A DNA stretch of 64,000 nucleotides from an uncultured Bacteroidales bacterium (GCA_964404485.1 CAYOKJ010000002.1:70-64069), one strand, 5' to 3'; positions 37,580 to 47,020 are shown, counted from the stretch's first letter. Numbers and translations: made by a program. Notes: generated by a model not told the origin, from the letters alone.

Positions 37580-37612
37580 AAATCCTCCAGATTTTTAAAA
37601 TCTGGAGGATTT
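37580..37612. terminator. Perfect bidirectional hairpin terminator about 310 nt downstream of the AlbA_2 gene
   Basis: AAATCCTCCAGATTTT / AAAATCTGGAGGATTT is a perfect inverted repeat flanked by A/T runs. Confidence 0.6.
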
Positions 37613-37651
37613 GCCGAAATAACAAATTTTTCATTTCAAAAAATATTCTTA

Positions 37652-37668
37652 GAATCTGTGGCAATTTT
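37652..37668. repeat. Solo copy of the GAATCTGTGGCAATTTT REP-like motif
   Basis: The 16-mer AATCTGTGGCAATTTT is identical to the right arm at 47470-47485. Related motifs occur at 513-532, 1097-1114 and 54607-54620. Confidence 0.6.
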
Positions 37669-37902
37669 AAAATTTATACTTTCTCTCCAAAAAGAAGAAT
37701 AAAATTTTCTTTCACTAAACATTTCAATTAATTAATATTAATTCATCACTAATGACATTTTGTAAGGTGCAGACAGTAAGGTTAATGAACAGTTTGTTGT
37801 AAAAAAAGCCAAGGTATAACTTTATAAAAGAACAATATATTAAAGTAATACGTTTAAAAAAATTCATTGTTTCCCAAATGGTAATGGCAGACATTCGAGA
37901 AT

Positions 37903-38064
37903 AATGGCAGATATTATTATTGAATCAATTTTTAATAAAGATATATTTACTTGGAATAACTCAAATATGGTGAAACCGGATAAAATACGAAAAAACTATA
38001 TTGTTGCAATTAAAGAGGCTGATAATGGAAATATTAACCCATTGATAGAATTTGCAAGAAATTG
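37903..38064 (+). pseudogene. Short remnant resembling the C-terminal tail of a Fic/DOC-family protein
   Basis: My translation is MADIIIESIFNKDIFTWNNSNMVKPDKIRKNYIVAIKEADNGNINPLIEFARN*. The R..Y..A...AD.G....L..F pattern is the usual end of Fic-type proteins. No Fic core (HPFxxGNGR) lies upstream. TAATGGCAGA is duplicated at 37881 and 37901. Confidence 0.35.
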
Positions 38065-38133
38065 AAAACGTATTAAAAAGAGGAAAATGAATTTCTGTAA
38101 AAAGTAAAATATCGGCTAATCTATTATAAAGTC

Positions 38134-38817
38134 TTATTTTAAACTTTGATTAAACAATCTAAAAAAATTCTCTTTCACCAAGTTTTTCACCTCCCCAAAA
38201 TCAAGTTTTTCACCAAGTTCTTTTTCCATAGAAGTCACACCTTTATCTGTAAAACCGCAAGGATTTATATAATTATAATAATTAAGATCTGTGTTTACAT
38301 TAAATGCAAACCCATGCATTGTAATCCACCTGCTTGCTTTTACACCGATAGCACATATCTTTCGTGCTTTAAGTTTATTGTGGGTGTCAATCCAAACTCC
38401 TGTAGCTCCTTCAAGGCGTTCAGCATTTATATTATAATTTTTTAAAGTCAGAATAATTACTTCTTCAAGTTGAAAAATATATTTTTTAACTCCCAACGAA
38501 AAAGCCTCAAGATTGATAATTGGATAACCAACAATTTGTCCCGGTCCGTGATAAGTAATATCTCCCCCTCTGTTTATTTTAAAAAACGAAACACCTTTTT
38601 TTTGTAATTCAAAATTGTTTAATAAAAGATTATTTTCCGACCCACTTTTGCCAATTGTATAAACATTAGAATGTTCGCAAAACAATAAATAATTTGGAAT
38701 TTCTTTGTTCTGACTTTTCAACTCCAGAGATTCCTTAAACAGTTTTTCCTGAAAATCCCATGCTTTTTTATATTCGATCAAGCCAAGATCCATGAATATT
38801 ATTTCTTTATTTCTCAT
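38134..38817 (-). CDS. lipB: Lipoyl(octanoyl) transferase
   Basis: NRGGDITYHGPGQIVGYPI and KICAIGVKASRWITMHGFAFNV are catalytic-region motifs. Confidence 0.9.
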   Translation of the reverse strand: MRNKEIIFMDLGLIEYKKAWDFQEKLFKESLELKSQNKEIPNYLLFCEHSNVYTIGKSGSENNLLLNNFELQKKGVSFFKINRGGDITYHGPGQIVGYPIINLEAFSLGVKKYIFQLEEVIILTLKNYNINAERLEGATGVWIDTHNKLKARKICAIGVKASRWITMHGFAFNVNTDLNYYNYINPCGFTDKGVTSMEKELGEKLDFGEVKNLVKENFFRLFNQSLK

Positions 38818-38824
38818 TTTGTAA

Positions 38825-38998
38825 GTCTTCTGTTAATTTGCTTCGCGTAATTTGTCCTCCTTCGTCTGACGTAATTTATTGTAATTTGCCCTTCAGGTGT
38901 TAATTATAAAAGCCTATTTAAAATTACCATAAATTACTATCAATTACAACAAATCATAACCAATTACCACAAATTACAATTAATTACAACTAATTATA
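38825..38998. repeat. Low-complexity tract rich in AATTAC / GTAATT hexamers between lipA and lipB
   Basis: The motif recurs about a dozen times (…caattacaacaaatcataaccaattaccacaaattacaattaattacaac…). Confidence 0.6.
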
Positions 38999-39859
38999 TT
39001 AAGTTTTCAAAACGTGTTTCTCTGCCCTGTATGATGATCGAACCAAAGGACTGCTTTCAACAAAAGCAAAACCTTTTTGCAGTCCTGCATTTTCATATTT
39101 CAAAAACTGTTCAGGTGTAACATATTCAAATACCGGCATATGATTTTTTGAAGGTTGCAGGTACTGACCGATTGTAAAAACCTTGCAACCCACATTTAAC
39201 AGATCATCCATAGTTTTAAAAACCTCTTCCTCGGTTTCTCCTATTCCTGCCATTATTCCTGATTTCGAAGTAACTCCTCTTTCAGAAATATATTTTATTA
39301 CATCAAGACTTCTGCGATAATTTGCTACACTTCGTACTTGTGGTGTAATTCTTTCAACTGTTTCAAGATTGTGTGAAATAACTTCGGGTTTTGCGTAAAT
39401 AATAATGTCAAGAAGTTCGTGTTTTCCCATGAAGTCTGGAATTAAAGTTTCAATAGTTGTTTCGGGATTAAGTCTTTTAATAGCTCTGATAGTCTCTGCC
39501 CAGATACTTGCTCCGCCATCGGGTAAATCATCACGGTCTACGGAAGTTAAAACACAATGTTTCAACCCCATCAATTGTACTGAGTTTGCAACACGTTCCG
39601 GTTCTTGGAAGTCAACAGGAAATGGCTTTCCGGTTTTCACTCCACAAAATTTACACGAGCGTGTGCAGATATCACCAAGTATCATTAAAGTTGCCGTGCC
39701 TCTACCCCAGCAGTCCGACATATTCGGGCAACTGCCGGAAGTACAAATTGTATGAAGCTTATTTTTTTCGACAATATCTCGTATTTCCAAATATTTTTTT
39801 CCACCCGGAATTTTCACTTTCAGCCAATCCGGTTTTGTTCTTTTTCTTTTATTTGTCAT
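38999..39859 (-). CDS. lipA: Lipoyl synthase
   Basis: Auxiliary cluster CPNMSDCW and the radical-SAM motif CTRSCKFC. The start is set at MTNKRKR (39859), because CAAAATTA at 39895-39902 (a -7 box on the minus strand) places the transcription start downstream of the track's 39892 ATG. Confidence 0.9.
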   Translation of the reverse strand: MTNKRKRTKPDWLKVKIPGGKKYLEIRDIVEKNKLHTICTSGSCPNMSDCWGRGTATLMILGDICTRSCKFCGVKTGKPFPVDFQEPERVANSVQLMGLKHCVLTSVDRDDLPDGGASIWAETIRAIKRLNPETTIETLIPDFMGKHELLDIIIYAKPEVISHNLETVERITPQVRSVANYRRSLDVIKYISERGVTSKSGIMAGIGETEEEVFKTMDDLLNVGCKVFTIGQYLQPSKNHMPVFEYVTPEQFLKYENAGLQKGFAFVESSPLVRSSYRAEKHVLKT

Positions 39860-40013
39860 TTTTATCAGAATATTAACAATTAAAAAATGCAATGCAAAAT
39901 TAATATACTAAATGCATAAACTAAAAAAATTTCAAAATAATTAACTCTTTGATTTCAAGTTCAAAATTTCTCTTTAAAATAAAAATAAATATTAGTCATT
40001 TTAAATTTACTTC

Positions 40014-40021
40014 TATCTTTG
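40014..40021 (+). promoter_or_regulatory. -7 promoter box (TAnnTTTG) for lysS
   Basis: TATCTTTG lies 17 nt upstream of the ATG at 40038. Confidence 0.5.
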
Positions 40022-40037
40022 CAAAAAACATAAACAG

Positions 40038-41756
40038 ATGTCATTAGAACTAACTGAACAAGAACAAATCAGAAGAAATTCTTTAAAGGAATTATATAAA
40101 TTAGGTATTGACCCATATCCGGCAGAAACCTTTGAAACAAATATTTCTGCTAAAGAAATAAAAGAAAACTTTAAAGAAGGAAGCAATCTTTATCAGAATA
40201 TTTCGATAGCCGGACGTATTATGAGCCGCAGAATAATGGGTGCTGCTTCGTTTGTAGAAATTCAGGATTCTACCGGAAGAATACAATTATATTTTAAAAG
40301 AGACGAAATTTGTCTCGGCGAAGACAAAAGCTTTTACAATATTGTTTTTAAAAGATTACTTGATATTGGTGATATCATTGGAATTAAGGGATATGTTTTT
40401 CTCACTCAGATGGGCGAAATAACTATACACGTTAAAGAATATAAGCTTCTTTCGAAATCGCTCAAACCATTACCAATTGTAAAAGAAAAAGACGGAAAAA
40501 CCTATGATGCATTTACCGATCCTGAGCAAAGATACAGACAAAGATATCTCGATCTGATTGTAAATCCACAGGTGAAAGAAACTTTTGTTCAAAGGTCGAA
40601 ATTGGTAAATTCTATGCGTTCGTTTCTTAACGTGAAAGATTATGTTGAGGTTGAAACCCCCATTTTGCAACCACTTTACGGAGGTGCTGCAGCCCGTCCT
40701 TTCAAAACTTATCATAATACTATGGACATGACCTTGTATTTGAGGATTGCAAATGAGTTATATTTGAAAAGACTTATTGTTGGAGGCTATGATGGCGTTT
40801 ACGAATTTTCGAAAGATTTTAGGAACGAAGGAATGGATCGTTTTCACAATCCTGAATTCACTCAGATGGAACTTTATGTAGCCTATAAAGATTATGAGTG
40901 GATGATGAATCTAGTTGAGGAAATGGTTGAAAAAATATCACAGGATCTTCACGGAACAACAAAAGTTAATGTTGGTGAAAATACAATTGACTTTAAACGA
41001 CCGTGGAAAAGATTTACAATGTACGAAGCAATTGAACATTTTACGGGAATTGATATTTCTGAAATGAGTGAACAAGAAATTGTTAAAGTTGCAGAAAATC
41101 ATGGTGTTGCTGTTGATAAAAGCATGGGAAAAGGAAAACTTATTGATGAAATTTTCGGTGAAACCTGCGAAGCAAAACTTATTCAGCCAACATTTATTAC
41201 TGATTATCCTGTTGAAATGTCGCCTTTGGCAAAAAAACACAGATCAAAAAAAGGTCTTGTTGAACGCTTTGAAGCAATTTGTAATGGTAAAGAAATTTGT
41301 AATGCATTTTCTGAATTAAACGACCCTATCGATCAAAGAAAACGTTTTGAATCTCAGATTGAGCTTGGTAAACGCGGAGATGAAGAATCAATGGTTTTAG
41401 ATGAAGATTTTTTGAGAGCTATTGAATTTGGAATGCCCCCAACCGCAGGACTAGGAATAGGAATCGATCGTCTGGCAATGATAATGACAAACTCACACTC
41501 TATTCAGGATGTATTATTTTTCCCCCAGATGAGATTGGAAAAAAAGGCTTTTGTTTCAACAGATGAAGAATTTATGGAAATGGGAATATCTTCAGACTGG
41601 ATTCCACTTGTCAGAAAAAAAGGAATAAACACAATTGAAGAACTAAAACAATCGAACCCAAATAAATTAATGAACGACCTTAATGGTTTGAGAAAAAAGC
41701 TAAAACTAAAAATTGCAGCATTATCACCTGACGTAATCAACAATTGGTTTAATTAG
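40038..41756 (+). CDS. lysS: Lysine--tRNA ligase (class II) with a ~70-aa C-terminal extension
   Basis: OB anticodon domain followed by class II motifs (FRNEGMDRFHNPEFT, GLGIGIDRLAMI). From memory, the extended C-terminus is usual in Bacteroidota LysS. Confidence 0.95.
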   Translation: MSLELTEQEQIRRNSLKELYKLGIDPYPAETFETNISAKEIKENFKEGSNLYQNISIAGRIMSRRIMGAASFVEIQDSTGRIQLYFKRDEICLGEDKSFYNIVFKRLLDIGDIIGIKGYVFLTQMGEITIHVKEYKLLSKSLKPLPIVKEKDGKTYDAFTDPEQRYRQRYLDLIVNPQVKETFVQRSKLVNSMRSFLNVKDYVEVETPILQPLYGGAAARPFKTYHNTMDMTLYLRIANELYLKRLIVGGYDGVYEFSKDFRNEGMDRFHNPEFTQMELYVAYKDYEWMMNLVEEMVEKISQDLHGTTKVNVGENTIDFKRPWKRFTMYEAIEHFTGIDISEMSEQEIVKVAENHGVAVDKSMGKGKLIDEIFGETCEAKLIQPTFITDYPVEMSPLAKKHRSKKGLVERFEAICNGKEICNAFSELNDPIDQRKRFESQIELGKRGDEESMVLDEDFLRAIEFGMPPTAGLGIGIDRLAMIMTNSHSIQDVLFFPQMRLEKKAFVSTDEEFMEMGISSDWIPLVRKKGINTIEELKQSNPNKLMNDLNGLRKKLKLKIAALSPDVINNWFN

Positions 41757-41815
41757 AAAATAATAAAAATTTTCAAATTATTTTATGTAATATTTTGCAT
41801 GTTTTCAAATCTTTA

Positions 41816-41823
41816 TATATTTG
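41816..41823 (+). promoter_or_regulatory. -7 promoter box (TAnnTTTG)
   Basis: TATATTTG lies 36 nt upstream of the ATG at 41859. Confidence 0.45.
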
Positions 41824-41858
41824 CACCCTAATTATAAATAATTTTAAAAAATATCATC

Positions 41859-42812
41859 ATGAATAAATTTAAAAGACTTTTGACTGTATTGTTTTTCAGT
41901 TTTTCAATAATTACTTTTTCACAAACAATAAACGAAGCCGGAAATACATTAAATGATGGAATAAATTTTAATAAGGGTGGAGATATTAGCTCTGCTATTC
42001 AATCGTATAATGAATGTGTTGATATTTGTAATTTATTAGGAGTAGAAGGCGATGAGCTTAAAGCACAAGCCCAGAAACAATTAGTTTCTCTTCATTATAA
42101 AGAGGGTATTAGTTTTTACATAAGCAAAAAATATGAAGAGGCAATTAATAAATTTAAAATTTCTGCCAAACTTGCAAAAGAAACAGGTGACACAAAAGCT
42201 GTAAAAAAAGCAAATAATATTATTCCAAAAGTATATTGTTCCGAAGGAATGACTCTTTTAAAAGGCAAAAAATATGCTGATGCAAATTTAAGTTTTAATA
42301 AATCAATTAAACTTTCACCTTCCTATACTAAAGCATTTTATGGAAATGTATTGGTTTCTAAATATCAAAAACACGATGACAATATTATTACTGCAGCAAA
42401 AAAAATAATAGATTTAGGTAAAGATGGTGACAAGTATGTAAACAAATCAAAATCTGTTATTAAAAAATATTTTCTTGCTTCAGGAACCGAGTCTCTTAAA
42501 AAAATGGATTATATTAACGCATTTAAAGATTTATCGTTATCAACTAATTATGGTGTCGTTGAAGCAGATACATATTATTATATTGCTCTTTCCAATATTG
42601 GTTTAAAAAAATGGGATGACGCAATTGTATCTTCAAACAAGGCAATTGAATTAGAGAAAGAAGATAAATCAGATTTTTATTTTGTTTTAGGAAAAGCCTA
42701 TGAGGGAAAAGCTGATAATACAGCTGCATGTACCGCTTATAAAAATGTTACCTCAGGGCCAAATGTAAAAGCTGCAAAATATCAAATAGAAATTGTTATT
42801 AAATGTAAATAA
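41859..42812 (+). CDS. TPR-repeat secreted protein
   Basis: Signal peptide plus repeated A..Y/F...A...P-type 34-aa units. Confidence 0.6.
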   Translation: MNKFKRLLTVLFFSFSIITFSQTINEAGNTLNDGINFNKGGDISSAIQSYNECVDICNLLGVEGDELKAQAQKQLVSLHYKEGISFYISKKYEEAINKFKISAKLAKETGDTKAVKKANNIIPKVYCSEGMTLLKGKKYADANLSFNKSIKLSPSYTKAFYGNVLVSKYQKHDDNIITAAKKIIDLGKDGDKYVNKSKSVIKKYFLASGTESLKKMDYINAFKDLSLSTNYGVVEADTYYYIALSNIGLKKWDDAIVSSNKAIELEKEDKSDFYFVLGKAYEGKADNTAACTAYKNVTSGPNVKAAKYQIEIVIKCK

Positions 42813-42855
42813 AAACTGTCTAATATAAGATAAATTTCAAACAAAGCAATTATTT

Positions 42856-42891
42856 AAATGGCATTCTATTTTATTATGAATGCCATTTTTG
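42856..42891 (+). terminator. Rho-independent terminator
   Basis: AAATGGCATTC-(11 nt)-GAATGCCATTT is a perfect stem followed by a T-run. Confidence 0.7.
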
Positions 42892-43170
42892 GTATTATTA
42901 ATATTTTTATTGTAATTGTTTTTGTTTTTATTGACCTGTTATTATTATATTTGTTTTTTAAATCTAAAGGTGTTTATGGAGCAACTTAGCAAAAACGAAA
43001 AAATAATAATTTGGGTAATTACTATTGTTTTAACAGTTATTCTGTCTTTTTGGGTGGTTTAATTTAATAATAATACGAAGATTAATATTCTTTCTACTTT
43101 GTCAGACATCATAATTACCATTCAATATCTTGATATAATAAAAAAATAAAAAAAATCCCTTTTTAATATA

Positions 43171-44787
43171 TTGAAAATGGTTTCAAATAATCAACAAGCG
43201 AAAAATAGTAAAAATCAATCTAAAAATGAAAGGATTGAGGATTTTAGTGTTTTGCAAAATAAATATAATAGTATTAAAAACCTTCTTCTTCTTTCAAACA
43301 AAACAATATGGGAAACCGATTCCGATTTTAAGTTTGTTTTTACTTCAGAAAATAAAACAAGCCTACCAGGCTACAATAGCGAAGAATTAAATGGAAAAAG
43401 TATTTTTGATTATATTCTTCACGAAAACAAAAATCAATTAAAGAAAGAACTTCAGAACAAAATAGAACGGGATAATTCATTTAGCAATTTTGAAATATCA
43501 ATATTGTCGAAAGATGATAAAGTAAACTACATGTTGATAAGTGGAATTATATTGTTTGAGGACGATGGAAAAATAAAAAACTATTTTGGAGTACTTGAAA
43601 ATAACACAAAAGAAAAAAAAGAACATCTGAAATTACAATCACAAAAACAAAAAGCAGAAAAAGATTCAAAATCAAAATCTCTTTTTCTTGCCAAAATGAG
43701 TCATGAAATCAGAAATCCGATGAACGGAATTATTGGAACTGTAAATCTGTTAAAAGACACTAAATTGTCAATTAATCAACGAGATTTTCTTGACATTATT
43801 AAAGTATCAGGAAATAGTCTAATGTCAATTATTAATGATATACTAGACATATCAAAAATCGAAGCAGGAAAAATTGAGCTTGAAAATGAAGATTTTAATG
43901 TTAACATTTTGATTAATGATATAATGAAAATGTTAGGTTATAAAGCTGCTGAAAAAAGATTGATTTTTAGAAAAGAAATAAATGAAAATGTACCCGAAAT
44001 TGTAAAAGGAGATATTTTTAGATTAAAACAAGTAATAATAAATCTTACAAATAATGCTATTAAATTTACTAAACAAGGGTATGTTACTATAGAGGTTGAA
44101 AAACTTCAACAGAACAACAATCAAGTTAAATTAAAATTTAAAGTTGTTGATACTGGTATAGGGATAAGTAAAGAAGGAAAGAGAAAATTATTTCAGGAGT
44201 TTTCTCAAACCGATGCTTCGATATCACGAAAGTATGGTGGTTCGGGATTAGGATTAATAATTTCTAAGAAATTTATTGAATTGATGGATGGAGAGATATT
44301 TGTTGAAAGCAAAAAGGGAGAAGGTTCAACTTTTTGGTTTGTTTTAGAAATGGAAATAGGTACAAAAATAATCTCAGAACAATCCAATTTTAAAAAAGTA
44401 CCAACAGAAATAATGAAGAAAAAATTGTCAATACTGATGGTTGAAGACAATATTATTAATCAAAAAGTTACAATGGCTAATCTTTTTCAGTTTGGTCATG
44501 ATGTTGAAATTGCTGAAAACGGGAAAAAAGCAGTAGAAATGTTTATTAGTGGCGAATATGATATAATTCTTATGGACATTCAAATGCCGGTAATGGATGG
44601 TTATGAAGCAACAAAAGAAATTAGAAAATACGAAGAAAAAAATAATATTTCAGACAAAATAAAAATTGTAGCAATTACAGCAAATGCTATGAAAGAAGAT
44701 CGTTCTAAATGTTTAAAAGCCGGAATGAATGAATACATTACCAAGCCAATAAAACAAGCTGAATTAAAAAGAGTGCTTAAGATTTAG
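43171..44787 (+). CDS. Hybrid sensor histidine kinase / response regulator (PAS-HisKA-HATPase-REC)
   Basis: H-box SHEIRNPMNG, N-box NLTNNAIKFT, DTGIGI, GGSGLGL, and REC ILMDIQMPVMDG...KP. The true start may be the ATG at 43177. Confidence 0.85.
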   Translation: MKMVSNNQQAKNSKNQSKNERIEDFSVLQNKYNSIKNLLLLSNKTIWETDSDFKFVFTSENKTSLPGYNSEELNGKSIFDYILHENKNQLKKELQNKIERDNSFSNFEISILSKDDKVNYMLISGIILFEDDGKIKNYFGVLENNTKEKKEHLKLQSQKQKAEKDSKSKSLFLAKMSHEIRNPMNGIIGTVNLLKDTKLSINQRDFLDIIKVSGNSLMSIINDILDISKIEAGKIELENEDFNVNILINDIMKMLGYKAAEKRLIFRKEINENVPEIVKGDIFRLKQVIINLTNNAIKFTKQGYVTIEVEKLQQNNNQVKLKFKVVDTGIGISKEGKRKLFQEFSQTDASISRKYGGSGLGLIISKKFIELMDGEIFVESKKGEGSTFWFVLEMEIGTKIISEQSNFKKVPTEIMKKKLSILMVEDNIINQKVTMANLFQFGHDVEIAENGKKAVEMFISGEYDIILMDIQMPVMDGYEATKEIRKYEEKNNISDKIKIVAITANAMKEDRSKCLKAGMNEYITKPIKQAELKRVLKI

Positions 44788-44869
44788 TTATATAAAAATG
44801 CCCGGAGCTACTCTGTATTTACAATAACTTTTAACATTCTTAACTTTAGTTCACTTTATTTACTAAAGC

Positions 44870-46933
44870 TTATTTTATCAATATCATTTTCCTGCTAGCT
44901 GAATATTTCCCGGTTTTCATTCTTACAAAATATAAACCACCGGGTACATTTTTTCCTGCTCTGTCTTTTGCTCTCCATTTTACAGAATGATTTCCTGAAG
45001 AAAAAATTCCATCAACAAGAATACAAATTTTTTGTCCTTGAATATCAAAAATTTCAATAGCTACATTAGAAGCTTTCTTAAGAGAAAAATTAATTTGAGT
45101 TTCTGAACTAAACGGATTAGGATAATTATTTCCAAGGAAAGTTGTTAAACCTGCAATATTATTATCTTCACCTTGAACAAGGTCTTCATCAACACAAATA
45201 AATACCTGGTGAGTATTTACATCGGTTTCGATAAACATTGTATCACAAAGTAAATTACCTGTAATATCAATAGGAATGCCAATATGAACTGTTAACACTA
45301 AAGAATCACCAGCAGGTAAAATGTAAGGAAAATCAATTGTCCATGGTTCGACGAACCACCAAAAACCTGCATCAAACCCTTCGTTGTTTATGTTATTAAT
45401 TGTTACATCAACACTATTGAAATTATTTATCGTAACATCTAAACCATCTATCATGCTCATATAATCAAGAAAGATTAAAGAATCGGGGTTAATATTTACG
45501 TCAGGGTTTAATGGATTTCCAACTGTAAAAACATGAGGATCGGGAGAACCAATAAACGGATGGTCTTCGCTTCTTCCCGAATAATCGGCAGCATGAATAT
45601 AATAAGAAATTTTGCTTCCAACAGCTTGTTGAGGAATTGTTGCTTTAAAAGCACTTCCAGATATTGGAGCCATTGTTACAGATGTGTAAGACCCATTGTT
45701 AACTTTATAATAAACGAGTAATGAATCTGAATATAAATCCTCACCACTATATGGAAAGAAACTTGCAATTATGTCAAATTCATTTTCCTGTGGAACTTCT
45801 CCAAGCAAAGGAATATGACGGATGTACAACATTCCTCTATCTGCCATTCCTCTGGTGCGGCAGTGCAAAGCATCGGTGTTTTCCCATCCGTAACCTTCAT
45901 CATCAACTCCTATAATTTCATAACCGGGCATTGCTTCTTCATAAATCTCAAGTGCATCATCATCCCATTGACTTCCTGTAATCGGGATAAAAACCTTTTC
46001 ATTTAATATAAGTGAATTTGTATAAGGAGTTCCCGGATAATTGCCCGGAGTAAAAACCCTGAATACCTGGTATAAATTTCCATAAGAACTTATTTGTTCG
46101 GCAAAATAATTTGCAACATATTCAAAATCTTCATAACGATAGTCAGTAACAGCAACCTGACCAATTAAAACTTTATCAACATCAAGAAATTTTCCCCAGC
46201 AGTCAATATGGTAAATATAATCGTCAAGAGGATCGGGAAGTACATGATAAGTATGAATTCCGAGATAACTTTCAACAAAACTATCAACATCATCGTGAGA
46301 CAAAGAAGGGTTTTCCTCCCAAATCAATTCTGTTGAAGCAGATATACCCATCCCGTCGGTCATATAATTCCCTCCTGTAGAAATAAGGTTCATCCCAAAT
46401 AAATCTATTCCAAGATAATTTGCAACGGCTATTGGAATATTATCGTCATTTGGGCGTGGGCGATTATATGGGAAATTTACTATTCCAACATCATTATTGC
46501 CGTCAACAACATACCAAGGACCATAATCTCTTGTCCAATAAGAATCGGAAGGAGCATGAATAAAATCACAATTATCAAGATTAATTCCTGCAGCTGAATA
46601 TTGATTTTTTATTGAATTTTCCTGATTTTGATTTGTAACTATTGTTGTAACTTGACAATCTTCTGCCATTTCAACAATAAGAGCCATCGGGATACCAAAA
46701 GGATAACGAACAAGAACACTTTCCATTCTTTCGAATTCGGCAGTTTGTCTAACACTTCCTTCCGGAGGATCGGTAGGATAGAAATCTTTACCGATTTCAT
46801 CTTTCCTGAGCATTTCTTCGGGAGTCATGTGGTGAGTTAATTTCTTTTCCTGTGCAAGTAAAGAATTAAATGGCTGAAAAACAAAAAAGAAGATTATTAG
46901 AGAGATTAGATATTTTGATATATTGTATTTCAT
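44870..46933 (-). CDS. Secreted agmatine-deiminase / Porphyromonas-type peptidyl-arginine-deiminase family protein with a T9SS type-A CTD
   Basis: Signal peptide; TGGNYMTDGMG, YHIDCWGKF, the catalytic-Cys region TDALHCRTRGMAD; Ig-like middle region; C-terminal NYPNPFSSETQINF...GLYFVRM sorting domain. Confidence 0.7.
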   Translation of the reverse strand: MKYNISKYLISLIIFFFVFQPFNSLLAQEKKLTHHMTPEEMLRKDEIGKDFYPTDPPEGSVRQTAEFERMESVLVRYPFGIPMALIVEMAEDCQVTTIVTNQNQENSIKNQYSAAGINLDNCDFIHAPSDSYWTRDYGPWYVVDGNNDVGIVNFPYNRPRPNDDNIPIAVANYLGIDLFGMNLISTGGNYMTDGMGISASTELIWEENPSLSHDDVDSFVESYLGIHTYHVLPDPLDDYIYHIDCWGKFLDVDKVLIGQVAVTDYRYEDFEYVANYFAEQISSYGNLYQVFRVFTPGNYPGTPYTNSLILNEKVFIPITGSQWDDDALEIYEEAMPGYEIIGVDDEGYGWENTDALHCRTRGMADRGMLYIRHIPLLGEVPQENEFDIIASFFPYSGEDLYSDSLLVYYKVNNGSYTSVTMAPISGSAFKATIPQQAVGSKISYYIHAADYSGRSEDHPFIGSPDPHVFTVGNPLNPDVNINPDSLIFLDYMSMIDGLDVTINNFNSVDVTINNINNEGFDAGFWWFVEPWTIDFPYILPAGDSLVLTVHIGIPIDITGNLLCDTMFIETDVNTHQVFICVDEDLVQGEDNNIAGLTTFLGNNYPNPFSSETQINFSLKKASNVAIEIFDIQGQKICILVDGIFSSGNHSVKWRAKDRAGKNVPGGLYFVRMKTGKYSASRKMILIK

Positions 46934-47012
46934 TTTTTATAGAATTTAGTTTTTGCAAAAATAAAAAACATAATCAATAAGTCAATAATTAATATAATTG
47001 ATTACAATTATT

Positions 47013-47020
47013 TATATTTG
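47013..47020 (+). promoter_or_regulatory. -7 promoter box (TAnnTTTG) for tatA
   Basis: TATATTTG lies 29 nt upstream of the ATG at 47049. Confidence 0.5.
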
